Of a stretch of 64,000 nt of DNA, positions 11,992-20,413 are shown piece by piece. The DNA is from Gammaproteobacteria bacterium (GTDB lineage: Bacteria; Pseudomonadota; Gammaproteobacteria; Ga0077536), in contig JBFXAQ010000013.1 of the NCBI GenBank assembly GCA_050184115.1, positions 44,674 through 108,673 on the forward strand, in the 5' to 3' direction. Position numbers and translations under genes: made by a program. Under the pieces are notes generated by a model. That model worked only from the letters and a program-made list of their open reading frames with translations, made no database searches and was not told where the DNA came from. Within the stretch, counting starts at the first letter, position 1. Each line of letters opens with the position of its first letter.

Positions 11992-13572
11992 ATGTCCAGC
12001 CTGCGCCATCTCAAGCACGACCTGCCCGCGAGCCTCGTGGTGTTCTTCGTCGCCCTGCCGTTGTGTCTCGGCATCGCGCTCGCCTCGGGCGCGCCCCTGT
12101 TCTCGGGGCTCATCGCCGGCGTCATCGGCGGCATCGTGGTCGGCGCCCTGAGCCGTTCGCCGCTCGGTGTGTCGGGACCGGCGGCCGGGCTCGCCGTGAT
12201 CGTGCTGACGGCGATCGAATCCCTCGGCACTTTCGAAGCCTTCCTGCTCGCGGTCGTCCTCGGCGGCCTGCTGCAAATCGCGCTCGGCGCGCTGCGCGCC
12301 GGCGTCCTCGGCTACTTCTTCCCGGCCGCGGTCATCCAGGGCATGTTGTGCGGCATCGGCCTCATCATCGTCCTCAAGCAGATCCCGCACGCGCTCGGCT
12401 ACGACGCCGACCCCACCGGCGACATGGCCTACCAGCAGCCGGACGGCGGCACCACGTTCTCGGCCCTGTCGGACATGCTCGGTTACGTCGACCTGTCGGT
12501 GGTGATGGTGGCGGCGGTGTCCTTCGCCATCCTGCTGCTGTGGGAGCGCGTGCTGGTCAAGCGCCATCGCATCTTCCAGCTCCTGCCGGGACCCTTGGTG
12601 GCGGTGGCGTTCGGCATCACTTGGCAGTTCGTCACCAGCCGCTGGTCGGGCAACCTCGCCCTGTCGCCCGAACACCTGGTGTTCGTGCCGCTCGCGGGCA
12701 GTCTCGACGAGTTCGCCTCGTTGTTCGTGCTGCCGGATTTCAGCCAGTTGACCAACCCCGCGATCTGGACCGTCGCAGTGACCATCGCCGTGGTGGCGAG
12801 CCTGGAGACCCTGCTCTGCGTGGAAGCCACGGACAAGATGGACCCGCGCAAGCGCACCACGCCGACCAACCGCGAGCTGGTCGCGCAGGGTGTCGGCAAC
12901 ACCCTGTCCGGGCTCATCGGCGGACTGCCCATCACCCAGGTCATCGTGCGCAGCTCGGCCAACATCCATGCGGGCGCACGCACGCGGGCCTCGGCCATTG
13001 TTCACGGCGTGCTCCTCCTGGTGTGCGTGGCGACCCTGCCCCACGTGCTCAACCTGATCCCGCTCGGCGTGCTCGCCGCGGTGCTCATCCTCACCGGCTA
13101 CAAGCTGGCCCGGCCGGCCTTGTTCCGCGCCATGTGGCAGCACGGCTTCGAGCAGTTCCTGCCGTTCGTCGTCACCGTCGCCGGGGTCGTGCTGACCGAT
13201 CTCCTGACCGGCGTCGCGCTCGGCATCGCCGTCGCCGTTACCATGACCTTGCAGCGCAGCTACCGTAACTCGCACTTCCTGCACATCGAGACGCGCGACC
13301 CCGACGTCAACCGTCACCTCGTCACCATGCGCCTGGCCGAGGAAGTGACCTTCCTCAACAAGGGCGCGATCAAACAGGAGCTCGCCAACCTGCCGGCCGG
13401 TACGCGGCTGGTCATCGACCAGAGCAACTGCGTCTACATCAACCACGACGTGCGCGAGATCATCGACGACTTCGTCAAGGTCGCGCCGACGCGCAATATC
13501 ACGGTCAGCATCGTCGAGCAGGCGCCGTCGATGCGGGGCCTGGGCGTGCGCGATCTGCGAGTCGCGGCGTGA
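11992..13572 (+). CDS. SulP-family inorganic anion transporter with C-terminal STAS domain
   Basis: Sulfate-transporter signature region in TM helices (PLGVSGPAAG..., QGVGN), then a C-terminal STAS domain (HLVTMRLAEEVTFLNKGAIKQEL). Start at MSSLRHLK after GGGAG. Confidence 0.9.
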   Translation: MSSLRHLKHDLPASLVVFFVALPLCLGIALASGAPLFSGLIAGVIGGIVVGALSRSPLGVSGPAAGLAVIVLTAIESLGTFEAFLLAVVLGGLLQIALGALRAGVLGYFFPAAVIQGMLCGIGLIIVLKQIPHALGYDADPTGDMAYQQPDGGTTFSALSDMLGYVDLSVVMVAAVSFAILLLWERVLVKRHRIFQLLPGPLVAVAFGITWQFVTSRWSGNLALSPEHLVFVPLAGSLDEFASLFVLPDFSQLTNPAIWTVAVTIAVVASLETLLCVEATDKMDPRKRTTPTNRELVAQGVGNTLSGLIGGLPITQVIVRSSANIHAGARTRASAIVHGVLLLVCVATLPHVLNLIPLGVLAAVLILTGYKLARPALFRAMWQHGFEQFLPFVVTVAGVVLTDLLTGVALGIAVAVTMTLQRSYRNSHFLHIETRDPDVNRHLVTMRLAEEVTFLNKGAIKQELANLPAGTRLVIDQSNCVYINHDVREIIDDFVKVAPTRNITVSIVEQAPSMRGLGVRDLRVAA

Positions 13573-13622
13573 AACCCGCGGCACATCACGCCGTCCACGT
13601 ACACCCGAGGGGAGACAACACC

Positions 13623-14588
13623 ATGCGTATCCTGCTAGTCGCCGATGCCCGCACCGAGGCGCGGCTGGTCGCGGCCTACGTCGCCGAGCGCTTCGCCAGC
13701 GCCGCTGTCGACACTGCCATCGAGGTCGATGTCCTCACGGTCGTCGGACGCGGCGCCGACCGTCGTCGTCACGACGTCGACGTGGGTGCCGCGCGCGAAA
13801 CCGCCACCGCGGCCAACGAGGTCGCCGAGCGCTTGCGCGAACTGGTGGCCATCACCCGCATCGACACCCACGTCGAGCAGGCGGACGACGCCGTCACCGC
13901 GATCGCGGCGGCAGCGACGCACCTGCACAGCGATGTCGTGCTGCTGGAGACGGCCCCGCACGGGCTCGTCGCGCGCCTGCGCTCGGCGGGGCTGACCCGC
14001 GGCTTGCTGCGCGCGGCGCCCTGCGCGGTCGAGTTGATCAAGCCGTTTGCGGCCGCGCCGCGCTCGCTGTTCAACGTGCTGGTGCCGATCGCGGGGGATC
14101 GCCTGGCCGATTTTCCACTCCACCGTCTTGCGGCCCTGCCGTGGCCGGTGGCGACCCGCCTGCGCCTGCTCGCGACCCTGCCGGCTGCCGGGCTCGAGTT
14201 GCCGTCGGAGACCAACGTCCTGCGTGTCTTCGACAGCGTGGCGCGCAGCCACGCGGCGGCGAGCCGGACCGGCGCCGTGCTGGGCGAGATGGCGGACGAA
14301 CTTGCACTCGTGTTCGACGGCGCCGTCGAAGTCGATCACGCCATACTCGACACGGGCGGCAACCATGCCGTGCTCGGCGAGGCGGAACGTTACCGCGCCT
14401 CGCTCATCGTGACCTGCACCGCGGCGGTGTCGCCGGCACTCGACGCCGTGGCCTCGTCGCGCGACCCGGCGCTGCGCCTCGCGACCGCGGCGCGTTGCGC
14501 GGTCCTGGTCCTGCGCGAGGACGTGCAGCCTGCGCGCCGTGCACGCGCCCGCGCGCGAACGTTCAGCCCGGCCCTGGTGCGCGCCTGA
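13623..14588 (+). CDS. Universal stress protein, tandem UspA-like domains
   Basis: Two Usp-like halves (MRILLVADAR... and ...FNVLVPIAGD...). Placed immediately downstream of sulP, a common SulP-Usp pairing. Start after GAGGGGAGAC. Confidence 0.65.
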   Translation: MRILLVADARTEARLVAAYVAERFASAAVDTAIEVDVLTVVGRGADRRRHDVDVGAARETATAANEVAERLRELVAITRIDTHVEQADDAVTAIAAAATHLHSDVVLLETAPHGLVARLRSAGLTRGLLRAAPCAVELIKPFAAAPRSLFNVLVPIAGDRLADFPLHRLAALPWPVATRLRLLATLPAAGLELPSETNVLRVFDSVARSHAAASRTGAVLGEMADELALVFDGAVEVDHAILDTGGNHAVLGEAERYRASLIVTCTAAVSPALDAVASSRDPALRLATAARCAVLVLREDVQPARRARARARTFSPALVRA

Positions 14589-14628
14589 GCGCCGCCGGCT
14601 CCACACCGGTGTCGGGTGCGGTGCGCGG

Positions 14629-15270
14629 TCAGCGCGGGCCGGCTGCTTCCTGGCCGCGCACCAGTACCACCATGTAGCTGCCGTCGTAGAAGGCCGGCCG
14701 CGCCGCCGGCGGCAACAGCACGACGCGCGAGAAGGCCGTCACCCCGACCCGTGTCACGCCGGTCCAATACCAGCCCTCGGCGATGTTGGGCAGCATGGGC
14801 GAACCCGTCCGCGGCGGCTCGATGGTGGTCTGCGGCGCGGCATGCGTGAGCTCGGCGGCGGTCGGCAGGCGCCAGTCGTCGTAGCCGCACAGGTCGAGCC
14901 CGTTGATGTGCTCGACGTAAGCCTCGGTGTTGCACGAGCCGCCCGGCATCTCTCCGCGCACGCACTTGCCGCTGGCGGTATCCCGGAAACCGACGTAGCC
15001 ACCGTTGGTCGCCGGGTTGCTGTCGTAGGGCGTGTAGGTCCAGCGGCGGTCGCGCACGCTGCCGTCGAGGGTCTTCACTTCCCACACCAGCCCGGTGGAG
15101 CGGTCGAGCGAACACGACCAGTCTTCACTGCCTGGCGCGACCGCCTGGCCGGCGGCATCGAGTGGCACGAAGCCCGCCTCGGCGCGGGTGTTGCTGCCGG
15201 CGAATCCCAGCCCCAGCACCAGCACGAGGCCGGCGGCCGGCCGTGCCAGCCGCCGTTGCCTGCCCGGCAT
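14629..15270 (-). CDS. Secreted DUF1566 (Lcl C-terminal domain) protein
   Basis: Signal peptide MPGRQRRLARPAAGLVLVLGLGFAGS. DUF1566-like pattern ...WRLPTAAEL.... Its start overlaps the upstream gene stop by 1 nt (TGATG). Confidence 0.55.
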   Translation of the reverse strand: MPGRQRRLARPAAGLVLVLGLGFAGSNTRAEAGFVPLDAAGQAVAPGSEDWSCSLDRSTGLVWEVKTLDGSVRDRRWTYTPYDSNPATNGGYVGFRDTASGKCVRGEMPGGSCNTEAYVEHINGLDLCGYDDWRLPTAAELTHAAPQTTIEPPRTGSPMLPNIAEGWYWTGVTRVGVTAFSRVVLLPPAARPAFYDGSYMVVLVRGQEAAGPR

Positions 15271-16979
15271 CACTTGCCGGCCAGGGCGGTGCTGGCGCGA
15301 TCGCCGGTGTCGATGCAGATGCTCTCGGGCATGCCGCCTTCCAGCGCCGCCGCCGGGATCGGGTTGTTCGACGTGCACACCCAGCCCTTGTCGGTGAAGG
15401 TGAAATCGCGGGTGTAGGTGCCGCGCAGCGGCATCGGGTAGGTGATGAAGCGCTCCTCGGCGGGGATGAAGCGCCAGGCGACGTCGAGCATGGTGTCGTT
15501 GACCCAGACGTCCTGGTTGACCGGGTCGATGGCGAGCGCGTAGGGCGCCGGGATCTCGCCGGGTGCGATCACCGGCAGCTTGTAGATGGTGGCGTCACCA
15601 CTGGCCGGGTCGAAGCGCGCGATGCTGCCGTCGGAGAAACCTGCGATCCACAGGTAACCCGCGCGATCGAAGCGCTGGCGGCGCGGCGCGCGCACCGGTG
15701 AATCGATCTCGGTGACCGCGAGGGTCTCGGGGTCGATGCGCCCGATCTTGTCCGAGGCGAGCTTGGCATACCACACGCTGCCGTCCTTCGGATTGACGTC
15801 GATGCCGTAGGGCACGGCGCCGGCCGGTGCACTGAGCGACGCCGTCTTCGGCAGGGTGATGACCTTCATGTCCTTGGTCTGCGGGTCGAAGCGTCCGACC
15901 TGGTCGGTGAAGGCGATGGTGAACCAGACCACGCCGCCGGGTGCCACGCGCACGGTATGCGGGTAGAGCGCGCCGGCGCCGAGCGGATGACTCTCGAAGG
16001 CTTCGGTCTTCGGATCGAACACGGTCAGCGCCGCACCGATCGAATCAGTGAGGTACCAGCGGCCGTCGGGCCCCTGGGCGAGGCTGTGCGGCGCGCGCGG
16101 CGTGGTCAGGCCGTAGGGCACCGGCAGGCCGTTCTGGGTGAAGGCGCCGCCCGGCGGCAGGCCGTCGGCGGGCAGTTTGAAGTGGCGCGTCGTACCGGTT
16201 TCGAGGTTGGTTTCGAGGATCTCGCCGGCGAACATCTCCGAGGAGTAGATGTGGCCGTTGACGTGATCGAACTCGGCATCGTGCGGGACCACGGTGCCGG
16301 GCAGTGGGAACTGGTAGATGCGCGTGCCGGCGAGCGCCGGTTCGTCGGGCTGGGCCGGGTAATGGTCGAGCGGCGTGCCGTCGAAGGCCGCCGCCAGCAG
16401 TTCCGCGCGGCGCTCGACGAAGGCCATGTCGGCGTTGCCGAAGTACCCGTGCATGCGCTGCACGGTCGGTACCCAGCTCGCCGCCGGCCGCGGCCAGCGC
16501 GTGAAGCTGTTGCCGAGCGAATGACAGCTCAGGCAGTCACGCGCGAAGTTACCGCGTGAGAAGGGCGCGGTCTCGTCGGCATCGAAGGCAATGCGCGAGA
16601 AGTGGCTGAGCGAGGGCGCGGCATCGGACAGCGCCTTCGGATCGGTCAGCGGCGCGAGTTCCAGTGCGAGGTCGCGGACGTCGTCGGCCGCGAGCGTGAG
16701 GTCCTGCAGGACATCGTCGTAGTAGCGCTTGCGCACGCGGAGCGCGAGCTTGCCGGCGAGCGCGGTATCGAGTCGGAAGTGACCGGCGGCGTCGGTGAAG
16801 ACCGATTCGGCGAGCCCGCGCTCGTCGCGCAGGGTGACCATGACGCTTGCAAGGGGTACGGCATCACCGGTGGTGACGGTGCCGCTGACGGTAGCGGCGG
16901 CCACGGCGCCGCTGAACAACGCAGGCAGCAGGACTGCCGCCGTCACCGTAACAGCTGATAGCAGGGGCTGGTGGTTCAT
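15270..16979 (-). CDS. Secreted multidomain protein: CarboxypepD_reg-like domain, cytochrome c motif (CLSCH) and Vgb/streptogramin-lyase-like beta-propeller repeats
   Basis: Signal peptide MNHQPLLSAVTVTAAVLLPALFSGAVAA. VSGTVTT...VMVTLRD...DAAGHFRL resembles CarbopepD_reg. A single CXXCH occurs at ARDCLSCHSL. Repeated ...GRFDP / GRIDP / ARFDP propeller blades follow. RBS GGGAGGAGAC. Confidence 0.65.
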   Translation of the reverse strand: MNHQPLLSAVTVTAAVLLPALFSGAVAAATVSGTVTTGDAVPLASVMVTLRDERGLAESVFTDAAGHFRLDTALAGKLALRVRKRYYDDVLQDLTLAADDVRDLALELAPLTDPKALSDAAPSLSHFSRIAFDADETAPFSRGNFARDCLSCHSLGNSFTRWPRPAASWVPTVQRMHGYFGNADMAFVERRAELLAAAFDGTPLDHYPAQPDEPALAGTRIYQFPLPGTVVPHDAEFDHVNGHIYSSEMFAGEILETNLETGTTRHFKLPADGLPPGGAFTQNGLPVPYGLTTPRAPHSLAQGPDGRWYLTDSIGAALTVFDPKTEAFESHPLGAGALYPHTVRVAPGGVVWFTIAFTDQVGRFDPQTKDMKVITLPKTASLSAPAGAVPYGIDVNPKDGSVWYAKLASDKIGRIDPETLAVTEIDSPVRAPRRQRFDRAGYLWIAGFSDGSIARFDPASGDATIYKLPVIAPGEIPAPYALAIDPVNQDVWVNDTMLDVAWRFIPAEERFITYPMPLRGTYTRDFTFTDKGWVCTSNNPIPAAALEGGMPESICIDTGDRASTALAGK

Positions 16980-17160
16980 GGTCTCCTCCCTTCTTCGATA
17001 CCACGTAACATGTCGGACTGCACGGCGACGCGTGGGCGTCTGCCGCCGGTGCCCGGTGCGGCGGGGATTGTAGCCGGTACACCGCCCACCCGACGCTGGC
17101 ATCACGGTGTGTGCTTGATGCCGATCACGAGAACAGGCGGGCACGGCGAAGGGTGGAGGG

Positions 17161-17254
17161 ACAGGGGCTTCAGACCCCTGTTGCGACCAGCCACCGTAAA
17201 GCAAGGCGTCAGGTTCATTTTTCTTTTGAATTTTTCTCGAGAAATGGACCTGAC
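17161..17254. repeat. Perfect 7-bp-stem hairpin (ACAGGGGcttcagaCCCCTGT) plus AT-rich palindrome GTCAGGTTCATTTTTCTTTTGAATTTTTCTCGAGAAATGGACCTGAC
   Basis: Seen directly. Lies in the divergent promoter region between the Vgb-like gene and the MFS gene. The palindrome is related to the element at 44905-44969. Confidence 0.55.
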
Positions 17255-17299
17255 ACCTTTTTCGTGCCCCCTTTCCCGGATCAACGATCGACGAGTGAC

Positions 17300-18505
17300 A
17301 TGAGCGAACCCGAGACCAACACCCCGGCGCCCGGCACCGCCGCTGCTCCGATCGCACCCCAGCCCCTGCTGAGCACGCCCTTCGTTCTCATCCTGCTCTC
17401 GACGGCGCTCTACGGCATGGCCTTCTCGGCCTATTTCCTCTTCCCGAAGTACATGACCACCGTGTTCGCGGCCGACCCGGCGACCATCGGCGGGTTGAAC
17501 GCGGTGTCGATGTTCATGTCGGTGGTGTTCATGCCCATCGTCGGCGGCGCCGTCGACCGCCGCCGTCGCCGGCCGTTCGCGACCCTGGGCGCGGTGGTGT
17601 TCTGCATCTCCTGTCTTGGTTTCCTGGCCGTCGACGATGTCGGGCCCCTGCTGTGGCTGCTGCGCTCGTTGCAGGGCCTGGCCTTCTCGCTGTTCTTCAT
17701 CTCGCTGTCGACCTTGGCCACCGACCTCGCGCCGCCGCAGCGCATGGGCCAGGCCATCGGCCTGTTCGGCGGCGTCATGATATCGACCAATGCGCTGGGG
17801 CCGGCGCTGGCCGAATGGACGGCCCTGCAGTACGGCTGGCACGCGGTGTTCGCCACCACCGCGGTGTCGTCCGTGCTCGCCGCGCTGCTGACCACGCGCA
17901 TCGCCGAACGGCCGCACGCGCATGCCGAGGAGGCGCCGACCACCATGTGGGCGATGGTCACGCGCAGCGGGCTGCGACGGGTGCTGGTCGTCGCCAGCCT
18001 CGCCGGCGGCGCCATGGGCACGGTGTTCACCTTCTACCAGCCGTGGGCGCTGGAACTGGGCATCACCCACGTTTCCACCTATCTGCTCGGCTTTGCCGGC
18101 TGCGCGATGTTCGTGCGCTTCGGTCTCGGTGGCCTGGCCGACCGCCTCGGCCGGCAGCGCGTGGCGACGGTGTCGTTGTTCTTCTACGTCGCCGCGCCGC
18201 TCGCCTTGATCTGGGTCGACACGGTCGGCTTGCTCTTCGCCGGCTGCCTGCTCGGACTCTCGCATGGGCTGTTCTTTCCGGCGCTCAATGCCGTTGCGCT
18301 CGACCACGCGAGCCTGCGCGAGCGCGGCAAGGCGATGGCGGCCTACCACGGTGGCTTCAACATCGGCTTCGCCGGCGGCAGCTACCTGCTCGGCTTCGCC
18401 GCTGCCGCGCAGGGTTACCCGACCATCTTCGCCGTCGCCGGCGTGGGTTGCGTGGTCGCGTTCGTCCTGCTCGTGACCGCGCCGCGCGCAAGCCACGCGC
18501 ATTAG
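17300..18505 (+). CDS. MFS transporter
   Basis: 12 predicted TM segments and MFS motif-A-like GxLxDRxGRR (GGAVDRRRRRP; GGLADRLGRQR in the second half). Start at MSEPETN. Confidence 0.8.
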   Translation: MSEPETNTPAPGTAAAPIAPQPLLSTPFVLILLSTALYGMAFSAYFLFPKYMTTVFAADPATIGGLNAVSMFMSVVFMPIVGGAVDRRRRRPFATLGAVVFCISCLGFLAVDDVGPLLWLLRSLQGLAFSLFFISLSTLATDLAPPQRMGQAIGLFGGVMISTNALGPALAEWTALQYGWHAVFATTAVSSVLAALLTTRIAERPHAHAEEAPTTMWAMVTRSGLRRVLVVASLAGGAMGTVFTFYQPWALELGITHVSTYLLGFAGCAMFVRFGLGGLADRLGRQRVATVSLFFYVAAPLALIWVDTVGLLFAGCLLGLSHGLFFPALNAVALDHASLRERGKAMAAYHGGFNIGFAGGSYLLGFAAAAQGYPTIFAVAGVGCVVAFVLLVTAPRASHAH

Positions 18506-18569
18506 AGAACGGTGGTCCGCGGTGACCGCGTCGCCGCGAAACGCGGCTGGCGCGGTCGCTGATACGGTC

Positions 18570-19040
18570 TCAGGCCGGCGCGCTGTCGTCGGTCGGCCGC
18601 TTCATCATCATGCCCAGGCGCGTCGCTTCGCACACCACTTCGCCCTTCTGGTTGTAGCCCACGTGCTTGAAGGTGACGATGCCGGCCTGTGGGTACTTCT
18701 TCGACTCGCGGCGATCGACGATCTCCGTCTTCGTCGTGACGGTGTCGCCGGGGAACAGCGGGTTGGGGAACTTGATGCCCTCGAAGCCGAGGTTGCCCAT
18801 GGTCGTACCCTGGGTCAGTTCGCCGACGGTCACGCCGCAGATCAGCGCGAGCGTGAACATGCTGTTGATGATGCGCCCGCCGTACATGGTGGTCTTCGAG
18901 TATTCCTCGTCGAGGTGCAGCGGCGCCAGGTTGTGGGTGATGGCAGAGAACAGGGTGTTGTCGTACTCGCTGACGGTGCGGCGGATCGAGTGCTCGACGA
19001 CGAGCCCCGGGGTGAGCTCTTCGAAGTATTTGCCGGCCAT
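18570..19040 (-). CDS. MaoC-like (R)-specific enoyl-CoA hydratase/dehydratase (hot-dog fold)
   Basis: 156 aa with a hot-dog hydratase pattern (...HxDxxYA-like HLDEEYSKTTMYGGRIINSM...). Strong RBS GAGAGGAGA. Confidence 0.8.
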   Translation of the reverse strand: MAGKYFEELTPGLVVEHSIRRTVSEYDNTLFSAITHNLAPLHLDEEYSKTTMYGGRIINSMFTLALICGVTVGELTQGTTMGNLGFEGIKFPNPLFPGDTVTTKTEIVDRRESKKYPQAGIVTFKHVGYNQKGEVVCEATRLGMMMKRPTDDSAPA

Positions 19041-19070
19041 GGGAATCTCCTCTCAGGTTGGGTGGAAATT

Positions 19071-19090
19071 GGTGACAGTTACCGATTCAG
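19071..19090. promoter_or_regulatory. Candidate operator, copy 1: GGTGACAGTTACCGATTCAG
   Basis: Near-palindrome GGTGACaGTtACC, 30 bp upstream of the maoC-like start. A direct repeat of the site at 19194-19214. Confidence 0.4.
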
Positions 19091-19193
19091 ATAGAAATCC
19101 GTGACGCGGAAATGGATGACATTTACCTATTCGCGACCAGCTGCACGTCACACACTTGCGGCCGAGCAGAACCCATAAACGGGTGCATAAATA

Positions 19194-19214
19194 GGTGACT
19201 GTCACCGATTACAG
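19194..19214. promoter_or_regulatory. Candidate operator, copy 2: GGTGACTGTCACCGATTACAG (perfect palindrome GGTGAC-T-GTCACC)
   Basis: Seen directly. Lies 11 bp downstream of the CoA-transferase stop. The two sites bracket about 100 bp of AT-richer DNA. Confidence 0.4.
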
Positions 19215-19224
19215 TGCTGTTGCG

Positions 19225-20367
19225 TCAACCGATTGCGCCCGCCGTGCGCAGCGCCGCGATTGCATCGGGCGCGAAGCCCCAGTCGGCGAGCGACTCGTCG
19301 GTGTGCTGCCCGGGCCTGGGCGCACCGCGTTGGATGGCCGGCGCGGTGCGGCTGAAGCGCGGCGCCGGCGCCGGCTGCACGATGCCGTCGAACTCGACGA
19401 AGGTATTGCGTGCCGCGAGGTGCGGATGTTCGGGTGCTTCGCGCATCGACAGCACGGGTGCGAAACACACCTCCTCGCCGTCCATCAGCGCACACCATTC
19501 GTCACGTGTGCGAGTCTTGAACACGGCGGCAAACTTCTCGCGCATGGCTGGCCAGTGTGCGCGGTCTTCCTGGCCGGGCAGGTCTGTATCGGCGAGGCCG
19601 AGCAATTCGAGCGTGCGGCGGTAGAACTTGGGTTCGTTGGAGCCGAGCGCGACGTGCCTGCCGTCGCTGGTCTCGTAGACGTTGTAGTAGGGTGCGCCGG
19701 AGTCGAGCCGGTTCGAACCGCGCTGGTCGACCCACAGCCCGCCGGCGAGCATGCCGTACATGAGGGACATCAGGGAGGCGGCGCCGTCGACCATCGCCGC
19801 ATCGATGACCTGGCCCTGGCCGCTGCGCTGGCATTCCAGCAACGCGCTGACCATGCCGAGCGCGAGGTAGAGCGCACCGCCGCCGAAATCGCCGGTGAGA
19901 TTGAGGGGTGGTACCGGCGGCCCGCCGGGCGAGCCGATGGCGTGGAGCACGCCGGTCAGCGCGATGTAGTTGATGTCGTGGCCCGGCGTCTCGGCCAGCG
20001 GCCCGCCCTGGCCCCAGCCGGTCATGCGGCCGTAGACCAGGCGCGGGTTGGTCGCGAGGCAGTCGTCCGGGCCGATACCGAGGCGCTCGGCGACCCCAGG
20101 GCGGAAGCCCTCGATGACGGCATCGGCCTTGCAGAGCAGCTCGTGCAGGGCGGCAATCGCTTCCGGTTTCTTCAAGTCCATCGCCACCGAGCGCATGCCG
20201 CGATGGAGCAGCATGTACTTCGGATCCATCGCCAGCACGCCCTCGTTGGCGACGATGCGGTCGATGCGGATGACGTCTGCGCCGAGATCGGCGAGCAGCG
20301 CGGCGGCGAACGGCCCCGGACCAATGCCGCCGAGTTCGATGATGCGGATGCCTGCCAATGGGCCCAT
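19225..20367 (-). CDS. Family III CoA-transferase (CaiB/BaiF family)
   Basis: N-terminal GIRIIELGGIGPGPFAAALLADLGADVIRID and a conserved Asp region, with full-length collinearity to the family. Confidence 0.9.
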   Translation of the reverse strand: MGPLAGIRIIELGGIGPGPFAAALLADLGADVIRIDRIVANEGVLAMDPKYMLLHRGMRSVAMDLKKPEAIAALHELLCKADAVIEGFRPGVAERLGIGPDDCLATNPRLVYGRMTGWGQGGPLAETPGHDINYIALTGVLHAIGSPGGPPVPPLNLTGDFGGGALYLALGMVSALLECQRSGQGQVIDAAMVDGAASLMSLMYGMLAGGLWVDQRGSNRLDSGAPYYNVYETSDGRHVALGSNEPKFYRRTLELLGLADTDLPGQEDRAHWPAMREKFAAVFKTRTRDEWCALMDGEEVCFAPVLSMREAPEHPHLAARNTFVEFDGIVQPAPAPRFSRTAPAIQRGAPRPGQHTDESLADWGFAPDAIAALRTAGAIG

Positions 20368-20413
20368 GTCGGTCTCCGTACTGGATGTCGGGAATGCAGC
20401 GCGCGAAACGGGA

